Source: a candidate division WWE3 bacterium RIFCSPHIGHO2_01_FULL_40_23 | GTDB lineage: Bacteria; Patescibacteriota; WWE3; UBA101185; 2-01-FULL-41-18 | DNA: 64,000 nucleotides | Assembly (NCBI GenBank): GCA_001772615.1 | Contig: MEUZ01000004.1 | Coordinates: forward strand, 8,455 to 72,454 | Direction of reading: 5' to 3' | Shown here: piece after piece, positions 29,167 to 38,028 of the stretch | How the letters are laid out: each line of letters opens with the position of its first letter | Numbering within the stretch: position 1 is the first letter of the stretch | Translations under genes and position numbers: made by a program | The notes under the pieces: model-generated | Told to the model about the DNA's origin: nothing | Seen by the model: the letters and a program-made list of their open reading frames with translations, nothing else | The model's database searches: none

Positions 29167-30975
29167 ATGATTTATAAGGACACTATGAGCAAAATGAAAA
29201 AAGAATTAAAAAATGATCCGCTAATGCCGATGAGACATTCCTGTGAGCATGTTTTACATCAGGCTATGGTTGAACTTTATCCAGGATTAAAAAGAGCAAT
29301 GGGTCCGGCAACGGCCGAGGGCTTCTACCACGATTTTGATTACGATGGAAAAATATCGGAAGAAGACTTTTCTAAAATTGAAGAGAGAATGACAGAAATT
29401 ATTAGGAGAGACCTTCCCTTTATCAAAGAAGAGATATCCGTAAATGAAGCCAAGAAATTATTTTCAGATAACGAGTACAAACTGGATTGGATAAACGATA
29501 TAAAAGACAGGGGAGAAAAACTAACGATTTACTGGACGGGAAAACCCCACGAAAAAGGCTCCAACGTTGACCTTTGCGCCGGTCCTCATGTCTCTTCAAC
29601 GGGAAAAATCGGCCCATTTAAACTCTTAAGCATTGCAGGCGCCTACTGGCATGGAAATGAAAAAAACAAAATGCTTACAAGAATTTACGGTACCTGCTTT
29701 GAGAAGAAAGAAGATCTTGATAAGTACCTTAAGCAACTAGAAGAAGCCAAAAAAAGAGATCACAGAAAGCTTGGTCAGGAACTTGACCTTTTCTCGTTTG
29801 CGGATGAGGTTGGCCCGGGACTTGTCCTTTGGTCACCAAAAGGCGCCATTATAAGAGAGGAGCTTGAAAAACTTGCCAAAGAAACCGAAAAAAAGTTGGG
29901 ATATCAAAGGGTTGCAACTCCCCATATAGCAAAGCACACACTCTTTGAAATATCAGGACATCTTCCTTATTACAAAGACGACATGTACAGTCCCATGATG
30001 ATAGAAGGCGAGGAATATTACCTTAAAGGCATGAACTGCCCTCACCATCATATGATCTATAAGTCCAAAAAAAGATCGTATAAAGAGCTCCCTCTAAGAT
30101 ACGCTGAATACGGAATGGTTTACAGGTTTGAACAATCAGGCGCCTTATTTGGATTAATGAGGGTAAGAAGCATTTGCCAAAATGACGCTCACATATATTG
30201 CACGGAGGAACAGGCTGAAGAGGAATTCCTGAAAGTTTTAGAGCTTCATGACTTTTACTATAAATTATTCGGATTAACAAGAGATGATTACTATATAGTT
30301 ATGGGCCTTCCCGATCCCAAGAAAAAGGATAAGTACCACGGTGATAAGGCTTTGTGGGATAAAGCGGAAAAGCTGATGAGAGGCGCAATAAGTAAATCAG
30401 GCATGCACTCGGTTGATGATATAGGTGGCGCGGCGTTTTACGGTCCAAAAATAGACATAAATATTAGATCAGTAACTGGTAGAGAATTCGGAGCCTCAAC
30501 CAACCAGCTTGACCTTTACATGCCGGGGCGATTTAACCTTACGTATACTGATAAAGACGGGTCAGAAAAGCTTTGCGTTGCAATCCACAGAGCTCCGCTT
30601 GGTTCACATGAAAGATTCATAGGCTTTCTAATTGAGCACTTCGCGGGTGCATTCCCCGTGTGGCTCTCACCGGTGCAAGTAAAAATTATCCCGATTTCAG
30701 AAAACGAGCTTTCCTACGCCCGTAAAATTGAAGCAAACCTTGATGAAGCCGGGTTAAGGGCAGAGGTTGATGATAGATCTGAAACAATGCAGGCAAAAAT
30801 AAGAGACGCCCAGCTTCAAAAAGTGCCTTACATGTTTATAATTGGGAAAAAGGAATCGGAAGCTGGTACCATAAGCATTAGGTTGAGAACAGGCGAAAAC
30901 ATTCCTGATGTAAAAGAGGACGAGGCCATAGGCAGAGTTTTAAAGATGTATAAGGAAAGAAGCCTTGATCTCTAA
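29167..30975 (+). CDS. thrS: threonyl-tRNA synthetase (lacks N-terminal TGS domain)
   Basis: Editing-domain RHSCEHVLHQA, class II motifs and zinc site MNCPHHHMIY..CQNDAHIYC, C-terminal anticodon-binding domain. Confidence 0.95.
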   Translation: MIYKDTMSKMKKELKNDPLMPMRHSCEHVLHQAMVELYPGLKRAMGPATAEGFYHDFDYDGKISEEDFSKIEERMTEIIRRDLPFIKEEISVNEAKKLFSDNEYKLDWINDIKDRGEKLTIYWTGKPHEKGSNVDLCAGPHVSSTGKIGPFKLLSIAGAYWHGNEKNKMLTRIYGTCFEKKEDLDKYLKQLEEAKKRDHRKLGQELDLFSFADEVGPGLVLWSPKGAIIREELEKLAKETEKKLGYQRVATPHIAKHTLFEISGHLPYYKDDMYSPMMIEGEEYYLKGMNCPHHHMIYKSKKRSYKELPLRYAEYGMVYRFEQSGALFGLMRVRSICQNDAHIYCTEEQAEEEFLKVLELHDFYYKLFGLTRDDYYIVMGLPDPKKKDKYHGDKALWDKAEKLMRGAISKSGMHSVDDIGGAAFYGPKIDINIRSVTGREFGASTNQLDLYMPGRFNLTYTDKDGSEKLCVAIHRAPLGSHERFIGFLIEHFAGAFPVWLSPVQVKIIPISENELSYARKIEANLDEAGLRAEVDDRSETMQAKIRDAQLQKVPYMFIIGKKESEAGTISIRLRTGENIPDVKEDEAIGRVLKMYKERSLDL

Positions 30976-31014
30976 AAATGATACAAACAACCATACCGTT
31001 AGTGAGTAATCCTG

Positions 31015-34000
31015 ATGAAAATACACATTAAACAAAAACGCTTCAAACTTAAGTCTTTCTTCAGATTGCCAACGTTACTTGGCAGCTTTGTTATTATAAT
31101 AGTCCTGCTTGTTATTTTCATTCGCCTCACACTGTCGCCTGCGGCGGCAGCCTGGTTCGATGACTCATACAGCTACCGTGTCAAATTCACCTTCACCCAT
31201 GACACCGATATTTCCAGTGAGCGCTCTATCACCTACACCCTGGATACTCTGGAATTGACCACTGCCAATATCATGCAAGATGACTGTGACGACATCAGGT
31301 TCACCGATATCAATGGCAAGATCCTCCGCTTTCAGATGACCGGCTCCTGTAGTTCCGCCACCAACACTTTTGAAGTCGTCTTTCCCACGATTGTCAATGG
31401 CACCAACGTCGGCTACGCCTACTACTCCAACCCCGCCGCCGTCTCGGCCAGCGTCGACGTCTCCGACGTCACCGCTCTCACTCCCTCCGGCGGCGATCCT
31501 TCCGACTCCAACCCCACCGCCAATGACGAAGTCGGCCCCGGCCCCATCGCCTACTGGAAATTTGACGAAGGCGCCGAAAACACTTGCTCCGGCGGCAGCA
31601 ATGACGCCTGCGACAGTGCAAGGGGCACAGGCGGTAATCTAGATTTGGCCTTCGATAACTCAGCCGGTACCACCCCAGACTACGTCACGGAAGACCGGTG
31701 TATTTCCGGCAAATGCGTGATTTTATACGACGACAACGACAACCCTTACCTCTACACCGCTAACGGCTTTCCATTTCCCACCACGGATTTTACATATTCT
31801 TTTTGGTTTCGCCATACCGACACGGCTACCGGTGCCGTAGACGCAGGCTGGCTAGTACTTTATACAAATAGTGATGGCTCAACCGAATTTGAAATCAGAA
31901 TAGGTTCCAATCAAAACATCGTTGTAAACACCAACGGAGGAGCCAGCGAGATTACCAGCGTCGTCACCCTCGACAACGGCCGTTGGTACCATGTTGTCGC
32001 TACCAGAACCGGGTCCTCACTAAGCCTTTATCTCAACGGGATTCTCGACACTCAAGTCTCCAACGCCTCGGCCATGACCTACTCCGGTTGCTCGCTTATT
32101 ATTGGCACGGACGACCAAGGAGCCGACTGTGCCGTTCCTCTTCTGGACGCTGATATTACTAACAATTTCACCGGCTCCATCGACGAACTCAAAGTCTACG
32201 ATCGTGGATTGACCGCCGCCCAGGTCAAATCCGAGTACTTAATTGGCACCACAGCTAAGGGCAGCAGCGTTTCTATCTCCGCTCCCCAAGTCAAATATCT
32301 CTCCGATGAACTTGACGCTTACTGGCCAATGGACGAGAGCGGAAGCACCTCTCCGGTCGACTACAGCGGTTTTCAAAACACCCTCACACGAATCGCCAGC
32401 CCCACTATGGTTTCGGCAAAATTTGGTAACGGTGCCGACCTGGAGAGCGGCAGTTCCCAATACTTCACCAGATCAGACCGCATCGAGTATTCCATCACCG
32501 GCAGTTTGACTTTGGCTGCCTGGATCAAGCCCGAATCGGTTACTGCCTCTACCCTATTCGATATAGTAGGCAAGTTCGACGACGCCAATGAATCCTATCA
32601 ACTCTCCCAATATGGCGATGAAATCCGCATGTACATCGACTCCAGCTCCAACTACGCCACCACCGACGCTGCCAATTTGGCCACCGGTACCTGGTATCAT
32701 GTTGCGGGGGTCTATGACGCCACCAGCCAATCTGTCGCCATTTATATCAACGGTTCACTCGCCAGCTCCACCGTCACCGGAACAATACCTAGTGGTATCG
32801 GTAACGACGCCGGCGTCTTCCACATCGGCGCCGAGGATTCAACCACCGGCGGCGACGCCCCGGGAAACTTTTACGACGGGATAATCGACGAAGTTCGCAT
32901 GTATAGCCGGGCTCTCCCGGCTAAAGACGTCTCCAGTCTCTACACCTTCGCCCCCGGCCCGGTCGGCTGGTGGAAGCTCGATGAAAATTCCGGGACCACC
33001 GCTTTTGATTCCAGTAACAAAGGCAACAATCTCACTCTCACCAACGGCCCGGCTTGGGTCCCAGGGAAACAGGGATCTGCCCTCGAATACGACGGTAATA
33101 CCCAGTGCGCCATCAATTCCGCTACCTCCGGCATCGCCCCCATCACCGATATGACAGTCGCGGCCTGGGTCTACGCCCGCGCCCCCGCTGCTGACGACGA
33201 CGCCATTATTAATCTCTCCGGCACCGACGAGACCGAAGCCGAGAACGTCAATTTCTACTTCTTTATCAATGACACCAATAATGTTTTACGCCTCACATGG
33301 GAGCACGGAGGGGGCGTCAACGACATCATCAGTTCCACCGTCGCCCCGGCCATCAAATCCGGACAATGGGTTCATTTCGCCGCCACCCGAAACACCTCCA
33401 CCAACGAAGTCATGTTCTACGAAAACGGTATCCAGCTGGGAACCACGGTTTCTTACACCAACGACCCCTCCGGCGGCACATCCGACCAACGTCTAGACAT
33501 CGGCCATGAAAGTTCCACCTGTCTCAGCGGAACCAATGAAGGCTTCAACGGCAAAATCAGCGACGTCATCGTCTATAACTACGTCCGTACAGGGAAGCAA
33601 ATCATCGAGGACCTAAACGCCGGGCATCCGACCATAGGTACTGTTGGTTCCTATGTTGCCCATTGGGATATGGATGATGCCACCGGCACAATCGCCCAGG
33701 ACACTTCTATAAACAATAACGATCTTACTCTTTCTACCGCTTCTTGGACTCTCCAAGGCAAGTTTAATTCAGCCTGGAATGGTAATGGGACTTCTCGTCT
33801 AGCACCGGCTTTAGGCAACAATCCCGATTTTGATTTCTCTGCCACTGAAGACTTTACTCTCTCCATCTGGTTTAAGTCGGATCTTGCCGGAAACCCAACT
33901 GCCACCGAATACCTAGCCGCCAATGGAGGACCTTCCGGTTCTGCAGGCTATGCTCTCTATGCTACTGACACCAATGGCTTTATTTGTTTTGGCATAGATG

Positions 34001-35799
34001 ACGACGCCTCTTGGGGACCAGACGTTTCCGCCTGCACAACCTCCGATTACTATGACAATACCTGGCATCATATCGTAGGTGTAAGAAATGTCACAGCTGA
34101 TACTATTTACATCTATATTGACGGAGTATTAAAAGGCCAGACTGCTGATACCACATCTGCTACCCTGGATAGTAACGGCACTTTTCGTCTTGGCGACATA
34201 GACACCGACGACGCGGCTTCCGGGGAGGAGTTGGCAGGCGATTTGGATGAGGTCAAAGTCTACCGCCTGGCCCTTTCAGCCTCCGATGTGAAGCTTGAAT
34301 ACAATCGTGCTTCAAGTTTAGTTCTCGGATCTCTCTCGACAGAATCCGACGGCTTGACCACGACCTCTTCAGCTGCCTCCGCCTTCTGCATCCCCGGCGA
34401 TACTACTAGCTGTAATCCCCCAGTCGGCTATTGGAAACTGGACGACAACACCGGAACCACCGCCGTGGACTCCTCCGGTAATGGCAACAACGGTTCGTTC
34501 GTGGGCAGTCCTTCCTGGGGTTCAGGCTGCAAATCCGGTAGCTGCATTACCACCCAGATGAACGGGGTAGAAGACAACGTCAACATCCCAAATCCTGCTA
34601 ACGATGTTTTCGACTTTCCTCCCGGCACAGATTTTACCGCCCAAGTTTGGGTAAAAATTATTAACAAGGAGGACTATGTCCAACCACTATTTAGGGGAGG
34701 TAGCAGCGTGGGAACAAATGGCTATGAGGTGGAGGTCCACACAACTACAAAACTGTCCCAATGTGGGTACGCGGACGGTACAACTAGAGATGTCGCTACC
34801 GGAACAACTGCCCTCGTTGACGGCCGATGGCATTTTATCTCCTGCGTCATGGATCGAAATGGCACAGCCACCGGAACAGTAGGACTCCACGTTTTTGTCG
34901 ATGGGGTCTTGGAAGGTTCAGACACTAGCCTCGGAGCGGTTAATAACTTCGACAACACCCGAGCTATAGAAATCGGCGAACGCAGTAATTCTACAGAGTT
35001 CGACGGTTCCACCGACATGGCCGCTATCTACAACTACGCCCGTACCCGAGCCCAAGTCGCCTGGGACTTCAACCGCGGCGTGCCAATAGCCTATTGGGAT
35101 TTTGACGAATGCCAAGGTGCTACCATTCATGACGCTTCCACCAAGTCTGATCTGCGTTCTACCGGCATAAACGGCACCATAACCCTGGGAGGGTCACCAT
35201 CTTTAGGAGACTGCACCACTGCCGCCACTGCATGGGGCAACGGGGCCACAGGTAAATATAACTCCTCTTTAGATTTTGACGGTTCAGACGATTATATTCT
35301 TTTTGGCGACGTTCTTGATCAAACAACGAACGATTTCACTTTTTCAGCCTGGATTAAAAGGGGTGATGACACCACTAATCACGAAATAGTGTCAAAAGGC
35401 GGTGCGGCGGAACCAAGTTATTCCTTTGGCATAGATGGCGCAACCGACGTTTTAAGACTCATCGTAAGAGATAGCGGCGGACAAACCACTGCCGATAGTA
35501 CCCGGACTGTCAACGACACCAATTGGCATCATGTCGTGGTAGTCGCAGACCGCGATGCCAACGCCACTTTTTATATTGACGGCACTCCAGCAGGGACCGT
35601 TGACATTTCGACCAGAACCGGCACTCTTGCCAATGGTGATAACTTTGAAATAGGACGTTCCCGTGATCAAACAACCGTCGCCAACGGATTAATTGATGAT
35701 CTGCGTATCTTTAACTACGCTCTTACTGCCACACAAATCAAAATCTTATATAATCAAAGCAGTTCGGTTAGATTCGGCCCGGAAACAGGCACACCATAA
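31015..35799 (+). CDS. giant secreted protein (1594 aa): DUF2341-like N-terminus followed by multiple concanavalin A-like lectin/LamG domains (MshQ-like)
   Basis: Signal anchor; N-terminal WFDDSYSYRVKFTFTH resembles the DUF2341 W..W.YR..I.I motif; at least four repeats ending in D(E/D)(L/V)(K/R)(V/I)(Y/F)..ALtaaq(V/I)..(L/E)Y typical of LamG_3 jelly-rolls; GC-rich third codon positions unlike every neighbouring gene. Confidence 0.8.
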   Translation: MKIHIKQKRFKLKSFFRLPTLLGSFVIIIVLLVIFIRLTLSPAAAAWFDDSYSYRVKFTFTHDTDISSERSITYTLDTLELTTANIMQDDCDDIRFTDINGKILRFQMTGSCSSATNTFEVVFPTIVNGTNVGYAYYSNPAAVSASVDVSDVTALTPSGGDPSDSNPTANDEVGPGPIAYWKFDEGAENTCSGGSNDACDSARGTGGNLDLAFDNSAGTTPDYVTEDRCISGKCVILYDDNDNPYLYTANGFPFPTTDFTYSFWFRHTDTATGAVDAGWLVLYTNSDGSTEFEIRIGSNQNIVVNTNGGASEITSVVTLDNGRWYHVVATRTGSSLSLYLNGILDTQVSNASAMTYSGCSLIIGTDDQGADCAVPLLDADITNNFTGSIDELKVYDRGLTAAQVKSEYLIGTTAKGSSVSISAPQVKYLSDELDAYWPMDESGSTSPVDYSGFQNTLTRIASPTMVSAKFGNGADLESGSSQYFTRSDRIEYSITGSLTLAAWIKPESVTASTLFDIVGKFDDANESYQLSQYGDEIRMYIDSSSNYATTDAANLATGTWYHVAGVYDATSQSVAIYINGSLASSTVTGTIPSGIGNDAGVFHIGAEDSTTGGDAPGNFYDGIIDEVRMYSRALPAKDVSSLYTFAPGPVGWWKLDENSGTTAFDSSNKGNNLTLTNGPAWVPGKQGSALEYDGNTQCAINSATSGIAPITDMTVAAWVYARAPAADDDAIINLSGTDETEAENVNFYFFINDTNNVLRLTWEHGGGVNDIISSTVAPAIKSGQWVHFAATRNTSTNEVMFYENGIQLGTTVSYTNDPSGGTSDQRLDIGHESSTCLSGTNEGFNGKISDVIVYNYVRTGKQIIEDLNAGHPTIGTVGSYVAHWDMDDATGTIAQDTSINNNDLTLSTASWTLQGKFNSAWNGNGTSRLAPALGNNPDFDFSATEDFTLSIWFKSDLAGNPTATEYLAANGGPSGSAGYALYATDTNGFICFGIDDDASWGPDVSACTTSDYYDNTWHHIVGVRNVTADTIYIYIDGVLKGQTADTTSATLDSNGTFRLGDIDTDDAASGEELAGDLDEVKVYRLALSASDVKLEYNRASSLVLGSLSTESDGLTTTSSAASAFCIPGDTTSCNPPVGYWKLDDNTGTTAVDSSGNGNNGSFVGSPSWGSGCKSGSCITTQMNGVEDNVNIPNPANDVFDFPPGTDFTAQVWVKIINKEDYVQPLFRGGSSVGTNGYEVEVHTTTKLSQCGYADGTTRDVATGTTALVDGRWHFISCVMDRNGTATGTVGLHVFVDGVLEGSDTSLGAVNNFDNTRAIEIGERSNSTEFDGSTDMAAIYNYARTRAQVAWDFNRGVPIAYWDFDECQGATIHDASTKSDLRSTGINGTITLGGSPSLGDCTTAATAWGNGATGKYNSSLDFDGSDDYILFGDVLDQTTNDFTFSAWIKRGDDTTNHEIVSKGGAAEPSYSFGIDGATDVLRLIVRDSGGQTTADSTRTVNDTNWHHVVVVADRDANATFYIDGTPAGTVDISTRTGTLANGDNFEIGRSRDQTTVANGLIDDLRIFNYALTATQIKILYNQSSSVRFGPETGTP

Positions 35800-35847
35800 T
35801 AGAAGTCTTGATCTATAAAGGTATTTATGATAACTTAGCTTAGTTTA

Positions 35848-36357
35848 ATGGATACAAAAAGGTACTTTACCAACGAAAAGATTAGAGCACAGAACCTAAG
35901 GATTATTAACTCCAAAGGTGAGAACATAGGGGTGGTGACAAAAGGGGAAGCTCTAAGGATGGCCAGGGAGGAAAAACTAGATCTTGTGGAAATAGCGCCA
36001 AATGCCAACCCTCCCGTAGCAAAGATCCTTGATTTTAAGAAGTTTTTATATACTGAAAGGAAAAAAGCTTCCGCCGCGAGAGCCCACTCAAAGCAAACTG
36101 AACTTAAGGAATTTAAGTTCGGGCCTAATATTGGTTCAAATGATTTAAATTTAAAGATAGGGAGGGCCAAAGAATTTTTAAAAGGAAAAAACAGGGTTAA
36201 ATTTACGGTAGCTTTCAGAGGAAGGGAAAACGCTCATCCCGAAGTCGGGTGGGAAAAAATCAAAAAAGCTATTAGTGAACTGTCAGAGCTTGGGCATCCC
36301 GAAGCAGATCCAAGACTGGTTAACAAAATGATTAGCGTAACAATAGTCGCAAGTTAA
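35848..36357 (+). CDS. infC: translation initiation factor IF-3
   Basis: INEKIRAQNLRIIN..GVV...AL..A.E..LDLVEIAPNANPPVAKIL conserved IF3 N- and C-domains. Confidence 0.9.
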   Translation: MDTKRYFTNEKIRAQNLRIINSKGENIGVVTKGEALRMAREEKLDLVEIAPNANPPVAKILDFKKFLYTERKKASAARAHSKQTELKEFKFGPNIGSNDLNLKIGRAKEFLKGKNRVKFTVAFRGRENAHPEVGWEKIKKAISELSELGHPEADPRLVNKMISVTIVAS

Positions 36358-36359
36358 AA

Positions 36360-36560
36360 ATGAAATTAAAAAGCAAGAAAACACTCCAAAAAAGAATAAA
36401 AGTAACAGGTTCAGGAAAACTTTTAAGAAAAAGGATCAGAACATCTCATCTTAAGGTTAAGCTTACAGCTGGCCGAAAGCATAGAAAAAGAAGGTATGTC
36501 TTAGTAGCGCGTGGTTTTACAAAAACGTTGAAAAACATGCTACCTTACAATAGGAACTGA
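36360..36560 (+). CDS. rpmI: 50S ribosomal protein L35
   Basis: MKLKSKKTLQKRIKVTGSGKLLRKR matches L35. Confidence 0.9.
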   Translation: MKLKSKKTLQKRIKVTGSGKLLRKRIRTSHLKVKLTAGRKHRKRRYVLVARGFTKTLKNMLPYNRN

Positions 36561-36561
36561 T

Positions 36562-36909
36562 ATGACAAGAGTAAAAGGTGGTTTTAAAACAAGAAGAAGG
36601 CACAAAGAAATTAAAAAGCTTGCTAAGGGTTATTATGGAAGCAGACACAGGCTTTATAAAAGAGCATCGGATGCAGTTTTGCATAGCGGTGAATACGCAT
36701 TTGCCGGAAGAAGACAAAGAAGAAGAGATTTGAGAAGGCTCTGGATCACAAGAATTAATGCGGGTTTAAAACCTTTTAATATTAGATACAGCCATTTCAT
36801 TAAGTTGCTTAAGGATAAAAATATTGAACTTGACAGAAAAATTCTTGCGGATTTAGCCGCAACGGATTCTAAAGCTTTTGAAGAAGTGGTGGCAAAGGTA
36901 AAACAATAG
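36562..36909 (+). CDS. rplT: 50S ribosomal protein L20
   Basis: MTRVKGGFKTRRRHKEIKKLAKGYYGSR matches L20. Confidence 0.95.
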   Translation: MTRVKGGFKTRRRHKEIKKLAKGYYGSRHRLYKRASDAVLHSGEYAFAGRRQRRRDLRRLWITRINAGLKPFNIRYSHFIKLLKDKNIELDRKILADLAATDSKAFEEVVAKVKQ

Positions 36910-36980
36910 GCAATACTTGAAGGTCTTGCCTTTTTTAATCGCCAAGTTGGCCCTGGCAAAAGCTAGGGTTTTTTATTTTC
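36908..36980 (+). terminator. two tandem intrinsic terminators after rplT
   Basis: aggcaa-12nt-ttgcct TTTTTT, then ccctggcaaaagctaggg TTTTTTATTTT. Confidence 0.6.
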
Positions 36981-37003
36981 TAAAGCTATAATATTTAGAT
37001 TAC

Positions 37004-38008
37004 ATGACGTTTGAGAACTTGCTTTCGGAAATTAAAAAAATCTTAAAAAGCGTTGACTCGCTTAAATCCCTAAACGAAAAAAAACTTGAAATACTTTCCG
37101 GCAAGTGGAGTATTTTAAACAAATTAACTAAGGAATTATCTGAAAAAGGGGAGGGGGAGCGAAAAAATCTTGGAATAGAAATAAATAAACTTAAAGATGA
37201 AGTTGAACAACTTATTACCAAAAAAGAGCAGGAGCTATTTCATAAAGAGGACACAAAAGAAGAATGGTTTGATGCAACCCTGCCAGTTAAAAAAACCAAA
37301 ATCGGCCACTTAAGTCCTGACACACAGGTTATCAGGATGATGAACGAGTTTTTTAAGTATCACGGTTATTCTATTGCAGAAGGGCCGGACATTGAGCTTG
37401 ATTTATATAATTTTGAAAAAACAAATCTTCCCAAAGACCATCCGGCAAGAGACCTTCAAGACACTATTTACATAGAAAGTCCCGAAATACTCTTAAGAAC
37501 ACATACATCCAGCGTGGAAACAAGAATACTTTCAACTCATAAACCTCCTCTAAGATTTGTCGTTCCAGGCGTTTCTTTTAGAAATGAGATTATTAACCCA
37601 AGCAACCACGCAATATTCCAGCAATACCAAGGTGTCTGCGTTGACGAAAATATAAGCATGGCTAATCTTAAAGCAACGCTTGAAGAATTTGCAAAATTTC
37701 TGTACGGAGAGGATACCAAAACAAGGTTCAGAACAAAATACTATCCCGAGGTTGAACCCGGCGCAGGAATGGATATTTTATGCACTTTCTGCAAAGGAGA
37801 GGGATGCAGAATCTGCAAAATGCGCGGTTGGATTGAAATACTTGGGAGCGGAATGATTCATCGAAACCTGCTGGAAAAGTGCGGCCTAGATTATCACAAA
37901 TGGAGCGGCTTCGCCTTTGGGATGGGATTAGATAGGATTATTATGACCAAGTTTAACATCAGCGACATAAGGAGTTTACATGGGGGTAGTTTAGTTTTCG
38001 TTGAGTAA
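37004..38008 (+). CDS. pheS: phenylalanyl-tRNA synthetase alpha subunit
   Basis: HPARDLQDTIYI motif 2 region, class II motif 3 GFAFGMGLDR. Confidence 0.95.
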   Translation: MTFENLLSEIKKILKSVDSLKSLNEKKLEILSGKWSILNKLTKELSEKGEGERKNLGIEINKLKDEVEQLITKKEQELFHKEDTKEEWFDATLPVKKTKIGHLSPDTQVIRMMNEFFKYHGYSIAEGPDIELDLYNFEKTNLPKDHPARDLQDTIYIESPEILLRTHTSSVETRILSTHKPPLRFVVPGVSFRNEIINPSNHAIFQQYQGVCVDENISMANLKATLEEFAKFLYGEDTKTRFRTKYYPEVEPGAGMDILCTFCKGEGCRICKMRGWIEILGSGMIHRNLLEKCGLDYHKWSGFAFGMGLDRIIMTKFNISDIRSLHGGSLVFVE

Positions 38009-38028
38009 ACCTTCACTTGGAACATGAT

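Noticed and set aside
31370-35670. Many 60-100-aa ORFs on both strands inside the giant LamG gene (e.g. 31370..31642, 32243..32509, 33286..33489, 34722..35018)
   Set aside because: They are by-products of the high GC content of that gene (few stop codons in any frame). Their translations are Pro/Ala/Ser/Thr runs without start context, and they overlap a well-supported long CDS.
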